Shown here: positions 38,960 through 52,734 of the stretch, one piece after another
Layout of the letters: the number at the start of each line of letters is the position of its first letter
Position numbering within the stretch: position 1 is the stretch's first letter
Assembly: GCA_965277285.1 (NCBI GenBank)
Contig: OZ255721.1
Location: 1 to 64,000 of the forward strand
DNA: 64,000 nt
From: Abditibacteriaceae bacterium
Lineage (GTDB): Bacteria > Armatimonadota > Abditibacteriia > Abditibacteriales > Abditibacteriaceae
Reading direction: 5' to 3'
Program-made: the position numbers and the translations under genes
The notes under the pieces: model-generated
What the model was told of the DNA's origin: nothing
Seen by the model: only the letters and a program-made list of their open reading frames with translations
The model's database searches: none

Positions 38960-39793
38960 ATGAAACGATTCAAAGCGACACGCCATAAACATCAACTGTT
39001 TGCCTGCGTTATGGCGACAAACGCCTTGGTACTTGGAGGATGGATGTTCGGCCTGGTCTATGTGCCACCAGTTCTGGCGCAATCCGCCGCGCAAATGTTC
39101 GTTCCGCTGCCAGACGATGCGCCCGCAGCTACAGAAATCAACGCTTTCCAGGAAGCGGACAAAAAGCAGATGCCGCCCATTGGCGCGGTGCTGTTCATGG
39201 GTAGCTCGAGTATTCGGATGTGGACTACTTTAGCGCAAGACTTCGCGGAAATTCCCGTCATCAACCGCGGCTTCGGTGGTTCGTTCATTTCGCAGAGTAC
39301 GCTTTATGCCGACCGCATCGCAATTCCCTATAAGCCGAAAATCATCGTCCTGGCCGCAGGCACCAACGATTTGGCCTACGGTAACAGAAATCCTCAACAG
39401 GTTTTTCAGGATTTCAAAGATTTTGTCGCCAAAATTCATGGCGAACTGCCGGACACGCGCATCGTTTACATCTCGATCAATCCCACCGTCGCGCGTTGGA
39501 ACCAGGAAGGCGACATCTTGGATACCAATCATCTCATCGAAAAGTTCATCTTTGAGACCAATTCCAAAACCGAGAAATTGAATTTTATCAACTCGCACGC
39601 CCAAATACTCACAGCCGACGGTCAGCCGCAACCCAACTTGTTGAGAGCCGATGGACTGCATTTCAATACCGAAGGCTACAAATTGTGGACGGCCATCATC
39701 AAGCCGCGCATTATGGTTTTGGCGTCGATAGACGGTGTCAAGCGCTTGGATGATCCGAAGGCTGCTGCAGAGACCGCACCGATGCCGAAGTAA
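38960..39793 (+). CDS. Secreted SGNH/GDSL hydrolase
   Basis: FMGSSS, INRGFGGS, AGTND and DGLH blocks. Confidence 0.88.
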   Translation: MKRFKATRHKHQLFACVMATNALVLGGWMFGLVYVPPVLAQSAAQMFVPLPDDAPAATEINAFQEADKKQMPPIGAVLFMGSSSIRMWTTLAQDFAEIPVINRGFGGSFISQSTLYADRIAIPYKPKIIVLAAGTNDLAYGNRNPQQVFQDFKDFVAKIHGELPDTRIVYISINPTVARWNQEGDILDTNHLIEKFIFETNSKTEKLNFINSHAQILTADGQPQPNLLRADGLHFNTEGYKLWTAIIKPRIMVLASIDGVKRLDDPKAAAETAPMPK

Positions 39794-39835
39794 ATGCGTT
39801 GAAGTAGAGCAGGGCATAGTAAAAACAGTAACACG

Positions 39836-39870
39836 CACTGTAGGCGGTCGAGTGCAGCGCCTTGTTGTGC
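39836..39870 (-). other. Truncated attC (5' half)
   Basis: Minus strand gcacaacaaggcgctgcactcgaccgcctacagtg. Confidence 0.6.
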
Positions 39871-39890
39871 TGGGATGTTGCGTTTCTCTT

Positions 39891-39968
39891 AACTAACCAG
39901 TGGTGGGGTCTACCATGTGCCTGCGAGTTGACTCGCAGGGCAACTGCAACCCGCACTATTGGTTACCT
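39891..39968 (-). other. attC site
   Basis: Minus strand aggTAACcaatagtg...cctgcgagtcaactcgcagg...cactgGTTAGTT overlaps the upstream stop codon and forms a clear hairpin. Confidence 0.75.
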
Positions 39969-40362
39969 ACTTTATTTTGCTGAACGCTATGCCTTGATCT
40001 GGGTCAACTACTATTTGTGGCTTACCTTCAAGAAACACCTTTTCCACCGAGTAACTCGTTCCAACACGCTCGACTCGTGGTTTGACAGGAGGCTCCAAAT
40101 CATCATAAGACAAACGGTTATCTATATCAATCTGATTATTTGAACTGTCAAACGTCCATTTGCCTGACGCCGTGTATTTCTTTCTTGCCTTCGTTATCAA
40201 CACTTGGGAAGAAGTGCCATCAGCCTTTAAAACCAAAGTACTTGCACCGAGCGGATTATTGTCTTTATACGTGCCGACAATATCGCCGTTGCTCAAGGTT
40301 GATGAGCAGCCTGAAATCAGCGTGACCAACCCACAAGCGAATATTAACGCTGATTTCCTCAT
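39967..40362 (-). CDS. Hypothetical lipoprotein gene cassette
   Basis: Lipobox ISGC; AT-rich; bounded by two attC sites. Confidence 0.75.
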   Translation of the reverse strand: MRKSALIFACGLVTLISGCSSTLSNGDIVGTYKDNNPLGASTLVLKADGTSSQVLITKARKKYTASGKWTFDSSNNQIDIDNRLSYDDLEPPVKPRVERVGTSYSVEKVFLEGKPQIVVDPDQGIAFSKIK

Positions 40363-40402
40363 AATCAAATTGTATCAATTCCCATCTGAGCCGCGCGCAT
40401 CA

Positions 40403-40463
40403 ACACAACATTTAGTTCAGCCGCGTGGGCCGTATCCGCGTCGACTGCAACGGTTTGTTAAGT
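40403..40463 (-). other. attC site (61 bp)
   Basis: Minus strand ACTTAACaaaccgttgcagtcgacgcgg...acgcggctgaactaaatGTTGTGT, a canonical short attC layout. Confidence 0.8.
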
Positions 40464-40770
40464 TGCAGTGTCCGGTCGTTTCAGTGTGACACGGACTTTG
40501 AAACTTTGCTGCCCTTTCAACCCTCAAGCTGTCCCGGCGGTGTGGTTGAACATTCGTTGCAACCACACCAAGAGGATTGAAGACTTTTCGAGTACTCGCA
40601 GATCATTGTGCGTGATGGAAAGGTCAGAAATCCCGACGCGTGCTTTTGCTTCAAAGCTTGTTCCGACTTTGCGCGAGTAAATCCAAAAAGTGCGTGAATC
40701 GCACCAGGGCGCTACCGTCGAAAGTCCGCTCGATTGTTAACGGTGTGCGTGTTTAGCATTTGCAACCATT

Positions 40771-41487
40771 TCACTTGGCGTGACAAACCGTCGTGCCGAC
40801 GTTTTCGCCCAGGCAGGCGCGCGTGATGTTGCCGTCCACTTCCATGTTGAAAACTACAATCGGAATGTTGTTGTCCGACGACAATGTAACAGCGGTCGAA
40901 TCGAGTACTCGAATGCCGCGTTCCAAGACTTCAGCGTAGGTTAGCGTATCGAAACGCACGGCGTCGGCGAACTTTTGCGGATCGCGGTCGAAAACGCCAT
41001 CCACGTCGGTCGCCTTGAAGATCGCCTGCGCGCCAATCTGCGCGGCTCGTAAAACCGCTGCGGTATCGGTTGTGAAAAACGGGTTGCCCGTTCCGGCTGC
41101 AAACAAAACGACGCGGCCTTTTTCCAGATGGCGCGTGGCGCGGCGCGGAATAAACGGCTCGGCGATCTCTTTCATTTCGATGGCGGACAAAACGCGCGTC
41201 GTGACACCGGCGCGTTCGAGATAATCTTGCAACGCAAGAGAGTTCTGCACCGTCGCCAGCATTCCCATGTAATCGGCCATCGCTCTGTCCATGCCCTGAT
41301 CGACGGCAGCTTTCATGCCTCTGAAAATGTTGCCGCCTCCGGTCACAATCGCCAGTTCGACGCCGCTATCGCGCACCGAGCGAATTTCTTGCGCGATGCG
41401 CTTCAAAACCGTTCCGTCGAGGCCAAAACCGGCTTCTCCCGCTAACGCTTCGCCGGAGATTTTCAGTAAAATACGCTTATATTTCAT
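40771..41487 (-). CDS. pyrH: UMP kinase
   Basis: [37 protein letters not shown]. Confidence 0.97.
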   Translation of the reverse strand: MKYKRILLKISGEALAGEAGFGLDGTVLKRIAQEIRSVRDSGVELAIVTGGGNIFRGMKAAVDQGMDRAMADYMGMLATVQNSLALQDYLERAGVTTRVLSAIEMKEIAEPFIPRRATRHLEKGRVVLFAAGTGNPFFTTDTAAVLRAAQIGAQAIFKATDVDGVFDRDPQKFADAVRFDTLTYAEVLERGIRVLDSTAVTLSSDNNIPIVVFNMEVDGNITRACLGENVGTTVCHAK

Positions 41488-41512
41488 AATAAAAGTTGAT
41501 GTTCCTTTCCAA

Positions 41513-42007
41513 ATGCAAACTCTTAAACGCTATCGAGTACTCGTTGTCGTCGCGTTGCTGGCTGCGCTTTATCTCGGTTGGCGATTGACGCGCCCGCCGC
41601 TGTCGCCCGAACAACAAATTCGCGTCAACATGGACGGCGTGACGCAGGCGATCCAGAACACCTCGCCGCGCAATATTCTGGGTTATCTGTCACCCGATTT
41701 TCAATGGAATCGTACCAAGCGCGACGAGGTCGAGCAAATGGTGCGCGAAGCCAGTGTCAGCGCGACCGATGTTCAGATCACGCGCTCGGGCGAACGCATC
41801 CAGGTGCGCGGCAATGAAGCGACCGTGACTGGCGACTTTCGCCTGAGTTACCGCCTGCTCCAGGAATCGCGCGAAACGCCGCCGCATACCAGCGTCGGAC
41901 AATACTCGGTTTTGTGGCAAAAACGCAACGGCGACTGGAAAATTGTCCAGGTTCAAGGCGGCGAAAACAGCGCCAACAACGCGCCTTCCGCCGATCCGAT
42001 ATTCTAA
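41513..42007 (+). CDS. Membrane-anchored NTF2-like (DUF4440-type) protein
   Basis: N-terminal TM; LSPDF; C-terminal [11 protein letters not shown]. Confidence 0.7.
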   Translation: MQTLKRYRVLVVVALLAALYLGWRLTRPPLSPEQQIRVNMDGVTQAIQNTSPRNILGYLSPDFQWNRTKRDEVEQMVREASVSATDVQITRSGERIQVRGNEATVTGDFRLSYRLLQESRETPPHTSVGQYSVLWQKRNGDWKIVQVQGGENSANNAPSADPIF

Positions 42008-42109
42008 TTTGAACCGCAAAGACGCGGAGGCGCAGAGAAGAACTTGAGTTATGTAAGAGCAGAACTCGATGGATCGAGTACTAGATTGCTCTTTTCTACG
42101 TCTCTGCGA

Positions 42110-43141
42110 CTAAATCTCGTTTGCGCTGCCGGCGTAATCGAAGTGCGTTTCCGACAACATCTCGATTTGATCGAGCGCCTTACCAGTTCCAATCGCCACG
42201 CAGGAAAGCGGGTCTTCCGCGACGTGAACCGGGATTCCGGTGTCCTTGGAAATGAGTTGATCCAATCCGCGCAACAAAGCGCCGCCGCCTGTTAGCCAGA
42301 TGCCGTGCGACACGATGTCGGAGGAGATTTCCGGCGGCGTTTGTTCGAGAACCGAACGCGTGCGCATCACGATTTGATGCACCGGCTCCGCCAAAGCCTC
42401 GCGGATTTCGCCGGACGAAAGCGTGATAGTTTTCGGCAGACCGTCCACCATGTCGCGGCCTTTGACTTCCATGGTGAGTTCTTCTTCCATCGGAAACGCC
42501 GAGCCAATCGCCATCTTGATTTCTTCGGCTGTGCGGTCGCCGATAATCAAATTGTGCTCGCGTTTGACCCAGCGCGCAATCGCGTCATCGAACTTATTGC
42601 CCCCAACGCGCACCGAATCGGAGCGCACAATACCGCCGAGGGAAATCACCGCGATGTCGCTCGTTCCGCCACCGATGTCGACTACCATGTTGCCTTCCGG
42701 GTCGGAGATATTCAAGCCCAGGCCAATCGCCGCCGCCATCGGTTCTTCAATCGGATACGCTTCTTTGGCACCCGCCGAACGTGCCGCATCCAAAACAGCG
42801 CGACGTTCCACACTTGTCACGCCCGAAGGCACGCAGACAATGACGCGCGGTTTGAACATGACGCGCTTGCCCAGCACTTTTTGCATGAAGTGCCGCAGCA
42901 TTTGTTCCGTGACCGTGAAATCGGCGATGACGCCTTCGCGGATCGGCTGAATGGCGATGATCGAAGTCGGTGCGCGACCCAAAATCTGGCGTGCTTCTTC
43001 GCCGAAATACTTCGGTTCGCGCGTGCTTTTATTGATGGCGACGACAGCCGGTTCGCGCAACACAATGCCGCGCCCGCGCTGATAAACCAGCACGTTCGCC
43101 GTCCCCAAATCAATTCCGATGTCACGTGAAAAACCTAACAT
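42110..43141 (-). CDS. mreB: Rod shape-determining actin MreB/Mbl
   Basis: IGIDLGTAN, EEPMAAAIG, VDIGGGTSD, LTGGGALL. Confidence 0.96.
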   Translation of the reverse strand: MLGFSRDIGIDLGTANVLVYQRGRGIVLREPAVVAINKSTREPKYFGEEARQILGRAPTSIIAIQPIREGVIADFTVTEQMLRHFMQKVLGKRVMFKPRVIVCVPSGVTSVERRAVLDAARSAGAKEAYPIEEPMAAAIGLGLNISDPEGNMVVDIGGGTSDIAVISLGGIVRSDSVRVGGNKFDDAIARWVKREHNLIIGDRTAEEIKMAIGSAFPMEEELTMEVKGRDMVDGLPKTITLSSGEIREALAEPVHQIVMRTRSVLEQTPPEISSDIVSHGIWLTGGGALLRGLDQLISKDTGIPVHVAEDPLSCVAIGTGKALDQIEMLSETHFDYAGSANEI

Positions 43142-43285
43142 TTGATGATACTTTTCTTGACGAACCCAAAGCTTCAGCGAGTGAGATTGTGAATATCATC
43201 TGCCGCGTTTGATGCCCTGAGTTCGTGAGACACAAGTGCGGCCACGACGAAAAACAGCACCCCGTGGCTGCACAATTTACCAACG

Positions 43286-44656
43286 TCATGTGCCAAACGT
43301 CATGTGCGAATCGAGTACTCGATCTCCGTGCGCGCCCTGTTCTCGACCGCCACGACGCACGATTTGGGCGCCCAGTCCACGCAGTTTGTCTTCAAACTTC
43401 TCGTAACCGCGATCAATCCAGTGAACGTTTGTCACTTCGGTCGCGCCTTCGGCACCCAGGCCGGCCAAGATCAAAGCCGCGCCCGCGCGCAAATCTGAGG
43501 CTTCGACTTCGGCGCCGCGCAGTTTTGTCACGCCGTTGACAATCGCCGTGTTATCGATCAACGAAACCGAAGCGCCCATGCGCACCAGTTCCGGCACGCA
43601 ATTAAAACGCCCGTCATACAAGTTTTCCTGCACAGCCGAACGACCTTGCGCCACGCACATCATCGTCACGAACGGAGGTTGCAAATCGGTCGCATAACCT
43701 GGAAAGGGTGCCGTCACAATGTCGGTCGCGCGCAGAGGAACCACAAACTTGGCGCGAATCCAATCGTCGCCGTGCGTCACGTCCAGGCCAGCTTCGCGCA
43801 ACTTGTCCAGATAAATCGGCAAATGCTGCGGCGCCAATCCGCGCGTCGTGATGTCGCCATGCGTCAAGCCCGCCGCCGCCAGATAAGTTCCGGCTTCGAT
43901 GCGGTCGTAATCCACTGTATGTTCCGCGCCATGCAATTCGTCGACGCCTTCAATTGAGATCGTCGCAGTGCCCGCGCCCCAGACTTTGCCACCCATTTTA
44001 TTGAGCAGTTCGGCGATGTCGGAAACTTCGGGTTCGCGCGCCGCGTTTTCAATCGTCGTCGTTCCTTCCGCCAGGCACGCCGCCATCATTATGTTGACAG
44101 TCGCGCCGACGCTGGAGTTTTTCGGTTCGAGATAAATCGTTGCGCCGCGCCACGAAGGAGCTTCCGCCTTCATCGCACCGTGCTCGACTTCGATGGTCGC
44201 GCCCATTTTCTGAAAGGCGTCGACATGGTAATTGACGGGACGCGCGCCCAGAACGCAGCCGCCAGGAAGCGGGACTTCGGCCTGTCGCAAGCGCGCGAGC
44301 AGGGGAGCCGCGACGTAAAAACTGGCGCGCATCTTTCGCACCAGATGATCCGGCGCGCGATGCGTCGTCAAGTTTTCCGCATTGACCGTGACCGTGTGAT
44401 TCTCGAACTTGACGACCGCGCCCAGCGCGCGCAACATCTGGCACATCGTTTCCACATCGGAAATCGCGGGCACGTTGTGCAACACGCATTCGCCGCGCGA
44501 GGCCAGAAGCGAAGCCGCTAAAATTGCCAGGCTGGAGTTTTTAGAGCCGGAAACTTCGACTTCGCCGTGTAATGTAGCGCCACCTAAAATGACGATGTGT
44601 TCTTCTAAAGTTTTATGGTTTTCGTGAGTGAGACCAGCGGGATGAACGATTTTCAT
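43286..44656 (-). CDS. murA: UDP-N-acetylglucosamine 1-carboxyvinyltransferase
   Basis: [21 protein letters not shown] (active Cys), [19 protein letters not shown]; start uncertain. Confidence 0.96.
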   Translation of the reverse strand: MKIVHPAGLTHENHKTLEEHIVILGGATLHGEVEVSGSKNSSLAILAASLLASRGECVLHNVPAISDVETMCQMLRALGAVVKFENHTVTVNAENLTTHRAPDHLVRKMRASFYVAAPLLARLRQAEVPLPGGCVLGARPVNYHVDAFQKMGATIEVEHGAMKAEAPSWRGATIYLEPKNSSVGATVNIMMAACLAEGTTTIENAAREPEVSDIAELLNKMGGKVWGAGTATISIEGVDELHGAEHTVDYDRIEAGTYLAAAGLTHGDITTRGLAPQHLPIYLDKLREAGLDVTHGDDWIRAKFVVPLRATDIVTAPFPGYATDLQPPFVTMMCVAQGRSAVQENLYDGRFNCVPELVRMGASVSLIDNTAIVNGVTKLRGAEVEASDLRAGAALILAGLGAEGATEVTNVHWIDRGYEKFEDKLRGLGAQIVRRGGREQGAHGDRVLDSHMTFGT

Positions 44657-44772
44657 GAGAGTTCCTTGTTTCGACGAGGAGGTTGGAGGCTGCGTTTGTC
44701 GGGGCACAAGGCCGGAAAAAGAAGAAGTTGTAAAATTGAAAGTTGAGCGAAACGCCTTGTGTCCGACGCTCG

Positions 44773-44802
44773 AAAGGGCAATCGAGTACTCGATTGCCCT
44801 TT
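44773..44802. terminator. 30-bp perfect palindrome after atpC; possible terminator or processing hairpin
   Basis: aaagggcaatcgagtactcgattgcccttt, centred on the iterated motif, in the atpC-murA gap. Confidence 0.45.
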
Positions 44803-44859
44803 GATTCTACATTGTTTCAACAAAGTTGGCGAACGAAACGCGGATAACAACGGCATTCA

Positions 44860-45276
44860 TCAGCGTCCTCCCGCGATGCGCAAGCGATTTTGAGCACGCT
44901 TCAAAGCGGCCTCCGCGCGCGAACGCTCCAGTTGAAAACCAGCGTCCATTTGCCCGCTTAAGCGCGAACTGGCGCGACTTTCCGCTTCGCGCGCCCGCTC
45001 GACGTTGATGTCGGAGGCACTTTCCGCCGAATCCGCCAAAATCATCGCCACGTTATCGGCGACTTGGAAAAATCCGCCGCCGACTGCCATGCGTGTCTGC
45101 TGGCCGTTCGCGTCGGTGATTTCGACGTAACCCGCCGTCAAAGCCGCAATCATTGGCGCGTGCGAGCGCAACACTCCAAAACGCGACTCCAATCCAGGCA
45201 ACGTGATGGACTCGACATCGCCGTTGAAAACTTCGCGCTCCGGCGTTACCACTTGTAAATGAAAAATTCCTGCCAT
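44860..45276 (-). CDS. atpC: ATP synthase epsilon subunit
   Basis: LQVVTPE, GVLRSHAP, GGFFQV, ILADSAE. Confidence 0.95.
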   Translation of the reverse strand: MAGIFHLQVVTPEREVFNGDVESITLPGLESRFGVLRSHAPMIAALTAGYVEITDANGQQTRMAVGGGFFQVADNVAMILADSAESASDINVERAREAESRASSRLSGQMDAGFQLERSRAEAALKRAQNRLRIAGGR

Positions 45277-45344
45277 AAATATCGAAAACAAAGAACCGAG
45301 TACTGAATTTCAACTAATCAAACAACTGAAGACACCATAATGAA

Positions 45345-45478
45345 AGTAGGAGTTTGTCATTCTGAGCCTGCCCGTAGGGTACCCGCCGCCCAAAGGGCAC
45401 CCGAATCTGAGCCCTAAGCCAGATTCTTCGCTGCGCTCAGAATGACAAACCGTGAGTTTGAACGCCTTTACTACTTTC
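45345..45478. repeat. Second copy of the tgtcattctgagc...gctcagaatgaca palindromic element
   Basis: tttgtcattctgagc...agattcttcgctgcgctcagaatgacaaa, with an internal gtagggtaccc...gggcaccc insert. Confidence 0.75.
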
Positions 45479-45514
45479 TCTACGCGCTCAAAATGCCAAA
45501 CCCACCTTCTGGAC

Positions 45515-46258
45515 TTATCGTCCACTCGACAACAAACCGCCGACTACGCCACCCAGCAAGTTTCCAGGCGATGAACTTTCGCCGCTGGTTTGCGGCAAAT
45601 AATGCCCGATTTCTTCCGCCAGATTCATAATCGGCATGCTTTGCAGCCAAGCGCGTCCCGGGCCAGTCAAGGTCGCCAGAAACAAACCTTCGCCACCAAA
45701 CAGAACGTTACGAAAACCCTTCACCATTTGAATATCGAACTGCATCGTCGGCGTGTGAATGCCGATATGTCCGGCGTGAACCAACAATTTCTGACCCGGC
45801 TGCAAATCTTCGGTAATCACTTCGCCCGATAAATCGAGCCACACAACACCTGGACCTGTCACGCGCTGCAAGATGAACCCCGCGCCCCCGAAGAAACCCG
45901 CACCCATTTTCTGCTGCCACGCGATTTCCAATCCGACGGATTTCTGCGCGCACAAAAACGTTTCCTTGCGGCAAATCAGCGATTGTCCGGCCTGCAATTC
46001 AAACGGCAAAATCGTGCCCGGAAAACGTGGAGCAAATGCAATACGCGCCTCGCCTTCGGCAGTGAAATCGGTGATAAAGAGGCTGCCGCCGCTCATGCTG
46101 CGCTTCAAGCCCGCCATCAAACCGCCACCGGTGTGCGTGTCCATGCGCACGTTGTCCGACATCCACGCCATCGTGTTGGTCTGGCTGTAAAGCTGCTCGC
46201 CCGCATTCAGCGTGACGTCAACTATCTGCATCGTCGTACCTGAAATTTTATATTGCAT
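45515..46258 (-). CDS. AIM24 / TIGR00266 family protein
   Basis: YKISGTTMQ, GGSLFIT, FFGGAGFILQ, LFGGEGLFLATLTGPG...QSMP. Confidence 0.88.
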   Translation of the reverse strand: MQYKISGTTMQIVDVTLNAGEQLYSQTNTMAWMSDNVRMDTHTGGGLMAGLKRSMSGGSLFITDFTAEGEARIAFAPRFPGTILPFELQAGQSLICRKETFLCAQKSVGLEIAWQQKMGAGFFGGAGFILQRVTGPGVVWLDLSGEVITEDLQPGQKLLVHAGHIGIHTPTMQFDIQMVKGFRNVLFGGEGLFLATLTGPGRAWLQSMPIMNLAEEIGHYLPQTSGESSSPGNLLGGVVGGLLSSGR

Positions 46259-46328
46259 CTCAAGACTCCCACAGAATCTCGACCAAACATCGAGTACTCG
46301 ATTGTCGTCAACGTCATGCTTCCAACGT

Positions 46329-49002
<2,674 letters not shown>

Positions 49003-49008
49003 TTAATT

Positions 49009-49767
49009 TTAGTCCCACCACAAAAACAAACTGCGTGATTCTTCGATGTTGTCGGCCAGCATTTTTAAAGCACGCTGGTTCAATTGCTCTCTGTCATCAA
49101 TCGAAGGCTGCAACTCTTGAATACGAGCCATCAGTTCTTCGCCTGTGACTTGACCAAGATGTGCTTTCTCGTGCAATTCCAAAAGTTCTTCGATGTTTTC
49201 ATCTGAGTCTTCGGCTTCAGATGCGTAACCTTGATCAATGATGTCGGGACAAAACTCATAAACCTCTTGAGCAAACGCCAACAAATTGTCAGGCAGTTTC
49301 TCGAAGGTCAAAGCGACAACATCGTGCTTCACACCGACGATATTGATACCGTAACTCGAATTCCAACTCTGTAACTTCGCCAACACGTCGGCGTTAGAAA
49401 CCTCGTAATTGTCGCCATTCGTATGAAATGTGCGCAATGCCTCAAACTGATCTTCTGCCCGCAATATAAACAGTGCTGGCTCTGATGACATCATCAACAG
49501 AAAGACTTTGTATCCCAAAGAATTGATTTTCGTATTAAGAACACGACTCAGTTCTTCTAAACGCTGGAGTTTGACATCAAAAGTTTTTTCGCTCTTTTGC
49601 TCTGCGACCAAAACCAGCAAAGCCGGTTTGTCTTCCAAGCCTCCGTCCTCATCTTGCGCGCGAAGTTGCTGAAATGAACAGTCTGCACTGGCTTTGACTT
49701 GTTCCAGCACATTCTCATCGAAACCGATGCGAACTGCTAAATCTTGTTCTTCTTGAGAAAGCGCCAT
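49009..49767 (-). CDS. DUF4253 domain protein
   Basis: TNGDNY, EVYEFCPDIIDQG and terminal LFLWWD. Confidence 0.82.
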   Translation of the reverse strand: MALSQEEQDLAVRIGFDENVLEQVKASADCSFQQLRAQDEDGGLEDKPALLVLVAEQKSEKTFDVKLQRLEELSRVLNTKINSLGYKVFLLMMSSEPALFILRAEDQFEALRTFHTNGDNYEVSNADVLAKLQSWNSSYGINIVGVKHDVVALTFEKLPDNLLAFAQEVYEFCPDIIDQGYASEAEDSDENIEELLELHEKAHLGQVTGEELMARIQELQPSIDDREQLNQRALKMLADNIEESRSLFLWWD

Positions 49768-49773
49768 AGCAAG

Positions 49774-51342
49774 TTAAGCCGCAACTGCCGTATTCTGCAC
49801 CGTTTGAGTACTCGATCCGTTGGCGAAGGCAGCGTTGAAGTCTTCCAGCGCGCCTTTAAGCTTTTCTTCGTTGTCTTTGGTGATCTGCTTTTCGTTGACA
49901 ATCGAGGACACGACATCGGGGTAACGCTGCGGAATATAGCGCAACAGTTCGCTTTCATAACGACCCGCTTGATCAACCGGAAAAGCGTCCATGTAACCGT
50001 TTGAGGCGGCGTAGATAATCAAAACTTGCTGATCGACCGACATTGGCGCGTAGTTCGCCTGCTTCAAAATCTCGGTCAATCGCTGGCCGCGCGACAATTG
50101 CGCCTGCGTGCTCTTGTCCAAATCGGACGCGAACTGCGCGAACGCCGCGAGTTCACGGAAGCGCGCCAGGTCAAGCTTCAAGCGACCGGCGACCTGCTTC
50201 ATCGCTTTGGTTTGCGCGGCGGAACCAACGCGCGAAACGCTCAAGCCGACGTTGATGGCGGGACGCACACCGGCGTAAAACAAGTCCGGCTCCAAAAAGA
50301 TCTGGCCGTCTGTAATCGAAATCACGTTGGTCGGGATATACGCCGAAATGTCGTTCATCTGCGTTTCGATGATTGGCAAAGCGGTCAAAGAACCGCCGCC
50401 CAAATCGCGGTGCAACTTCGCCGAACGCTCCAGCAAGCGCGAGTGCAAGTTGAACACGTCGCCTGGATACGCTTCGCGGCCCGGCGGACGGCGCAACAGC
50501 AAACTCATCGAGCGATACGCGACAGCGTGCTTCGACAAATCATCATAAACGATGAGCGCGTGCTGCGCGTTGTCGCGGAAATATTCGCCCATAGCAGTTC
50601 CGGCATACGGCGCGATGTATTGCAAAGGCGCCGAATCGTTGGCGCCCGCCACGACGACAATCGTGTACTCCATCGCGCCGACTTTTTCTAACTGCGCGAC
50701 TAAGGCTGCAATCGTTCCCTGCTTTTGGCCGATAGCAACGTAAATACAAAACACGTCTTTGCCGCGCTGATTGACAATCGCGTCAATAGCCACGCTGGTT
50801 TTTCCAGTTTGGCGGTCACCGATAATCAGTTCGCGCTGACCGCGACCAATCGGGATCATCGAGTCAATCGCTTTGATGCCGGTTTGCAGCGGCTCTTTGA
50901 CGCCTTCGCGCTGCATCACGCCGGGCGCTTTTACTTCGATCAAGCGGCGCTCGGTTGTTGCAATCGGACCTTTGCCGTCAATCGGTTCGCCCAGAGCGTT
51001 CACGACGCGACCAATCAAGGCCGGGCCGACGGGAACATCGGCGATGCGACCGGTGGTTTTTACCGTGTCGCCTTCTTTGATGTGCGTATATTCGCCCGCG
51101 ATCACGACACCGACATTATCGGCTTCCAAGTTCAAGGCGATGCCCATCGTTGGCAAGCCGGAAGTCGGCGAGGCGGGAAACTCCAGCAATTCGCCCGATT
51201 TGCAACCTTGCAAACCATAAACGCGCGCGATTCCGTCGCCGATTTCCAGTACTGTTCCGACATCCACCATCGAAACTTGGTTGCCGAAATTCGTCAACTC
51301 GCCTTGCAATACTCGTGTAATTTCTTCAGGCCTCAAAGCCAT
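49774..51342 (-). CDS. atpA: ATP synthase alpha subunit
   Basis: [30 protein letters not shown]. Confidence 0.98.
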   Translation of the reverse strand: MALRPEEITRVLQGELTNFGNQVSMVDVGTVLEIGDGIARVYGLQGCKSGELLEFPASPTSGLPTMGIALNLEADNVGVVIAGEYTHIKEGDTVKTTGRIADVPVGPALIGRVVNALGEPIDGKGPIATTERRLIEVKAPGVMQREGVKEPLQTGIKAIDSMIPIGRGQRELIIGDRQTGKTSVAIDAIVNQRGKDVFCIYVAIGQKQGTIAALVAQLEKVGAMEYTIVVVAGANDSAPLQYIAPYAGTAMGEYFRDNAQHALIVYDDLSKHAVAYRSMSLLLRRPPGREAYPGDVFNLHSRLLERSAKLHRDLGGGSLTALPIIETQMNDISAYIPTNVISITDGQIFLEPDLFYAGVRPAINVGLSVSRVGSAAQTKAMKQVAGRLKLDLARFRELAAFAQFASDLDKSTQAQLSRGQRLTEILKQANYAPMSVDQQVLIIYAASNGYMDAFPVDQAGRYESELLRYIPQRYPDVVSSIVNEKQITKDNEEKLKGALEDFNAAFANGSSTQTVQNTAVAA

Positions 51343-51408
51343 TGCGTTCTCCTGTCTTCAACTATCTCAATAATTATTGCAATCTTTATATTTGCAGAAA
51401 ACATCGGA

Positions 51409-51440
51409 TCGTAGGGACGCAGATTTCTGCGTCCCTACGA
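51409..51440. repeat. GTAG-type REP hairpin
   Basis: tcgtagggacgcagatttctgcgtccctacga, same family as 47975-48056. Confidence 0.8.
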
Positions 51441-51462
51441 TTTACGATTTACGAAAAACTTC

Positions 51463-52020
51463 CTAAATCACTTTCGCGCGCTTCAACTGATCGCGCAATT
51501 GCGCCAGTTGCGTGGTGACGCTGCCATCAATCAATTTATCGCCGACGCGAATTACTAAACCGCCCAAAATGCTGGGGTCAACGCGCGTTGTCAGGCGAAT
51601 CGTCCGCAATCCCGTGCTCGATTTCAAGCGTTCGATCAAAGCCGTTTGCTGCGCTTCTGTTAAAGGCACGGCGGAAGTCGCTTCGGCGTCCGCTTCGCCG
51701 CGATATTCATCGACAAAGCGATTGAATTCGCGCGCGACGTGCGGCAAAATGTGGATGCGGTCTTTGTCCACCAGCAAGAACAAAAAATGCTCGACATCGG
51801 GACGAATCGAGGCGCCGAAAATCTGATGCAAAGCGTCTTTGCGGCGGTCGTGCGTGATACGTGGATCGCCCAGAGCGCGCATGATGTCCGGCGACGAACT
51901 CATGGTTTGCGTGATTGTCGCCATATCGTTTGCAATCGCGTCCACTTCATCGTGTCCCAGCGCCACATTAAAGAGCGCATGCGAATAGCGCCGCACCGCG
52001 CTGCTGTCACCAATCGCCAT
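51463..52020 (-). CDS. atpH: ATP synthase delta subunit
   Basis: RRYSHALF, SAVPL, VDPSILGGLVIRVGDKLIDGS. Confidence 0.95.
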   Translation of the reverse strand: MAIGDSSAVRRYSHALFNVALGHDEVDAIANDMATITQTMSSSPDIMRALGDPRITHDRRKDALHQIFGASIRPDVEHFLFLLVDKDRIHILPHVAREFNRFVDEYRGEADAEATSAVPLTEAQQTALIERLKSSTGLRTIRLTTRVDPSILGGLVIRVGDKLIDGSVTTQLAQLRDQLKRAKVI

Positions 52021-52547
52021 TAATTCGCGCTCCCGTTCGTCAATCGAGTACTCGAATCCGCCGTTCCCAGACCCGCAATCACGTCATCAATCAGGCGCGC
52101 GTGATTCGGCCCATCAAGATTCGTTTTAACGACGCGCGAAGCCGCGCCAATCGCCAGATTTGCGACCTGATCGCGCATTTCAATGAGCACTTTGCGGCGT
52201 TCCTGCTCGATTTCCTGTTGGCCGCGCAATACAATCGCTTCGCTGTCGGCCTTGGCTTTGGCGAGGATTTCGTCGCGCGCTGCCTGCGCGTCTTTAACTG
52301 CCGCCTGGATTTTATCGCGCGCTTCGTCCTCGATTTTCGCCAGACGATCTTCATATTCGCGCTGCAAACGCACCATTTCATCGCGCCGCGCTTGAGCCTC
52401 GTCAATGTTGCCCTGAATATGCTTTTGACGCGCTTCCAGCAAATTGAACAGCGGCCCGAAGGCATACTTGACCAGGACAAACATCAAGATCAAGAAGCCG
52501 ACGATGGAGATTAAAATTGCTTGTGTGTCAATGCCTAAAGATCCCAC
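52020..52547 (-). CDS. atpF: ATP synthase b subunit
   Basis: N-terminal TM, then LEARQKHI and a long coiled coil; operon position. Confidence 0.93.
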   Translation of the reverse strand: MGSLGIDTQAILISIVGFLILMFVLVKYAFGPLFNLLEARQKHIQGNIDEAQARRDEMVRLQREYEDRLAKIEDEARDKIQAAVKDAQAARDEILAKAKADSEAIVLRGQQEIEQERRKVLIEMRDQVANLAIGAASRVVKTNLDGPNHARLIDDVIAGLGTADSSTRLTNGSAN

Positions 52548-52596
52548 AGAACCATCCTGAACAACTTTTATTTGATAACGATATTCCAGAGTTTGG

Positions 52597-52682
52597 AAAG
52601 AACCCTGAGCGTAAGCGACGGGTGAATTCTCAAGGAGAACAAACTCTTACTTTTCACCCGTCGCTTACGCTCAGGGTTCTTT
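52597..52682. repeat. Inverted-repeat element with perfect 30-bp arms
   Basis: aaagaaccctgagcgtaagcgacgggtgaa / ttcacccgtcgcttacgctcagggttcttt between atpE and atpF. Confidence 0.85.
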
Positions 52683-52734
52683 GGAGTATGGCGCGTAATA
52701 TCGAGTGCTCGATACTACGCGCCACAACACTCTT

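Noticed and set aside
41315..41512. N-terminal extension of the plus-strand ORF overlapping pyrH
   Set aside because: It is antisense to conserved pyrH; the TM-containing protein plausibly starts at 41513.
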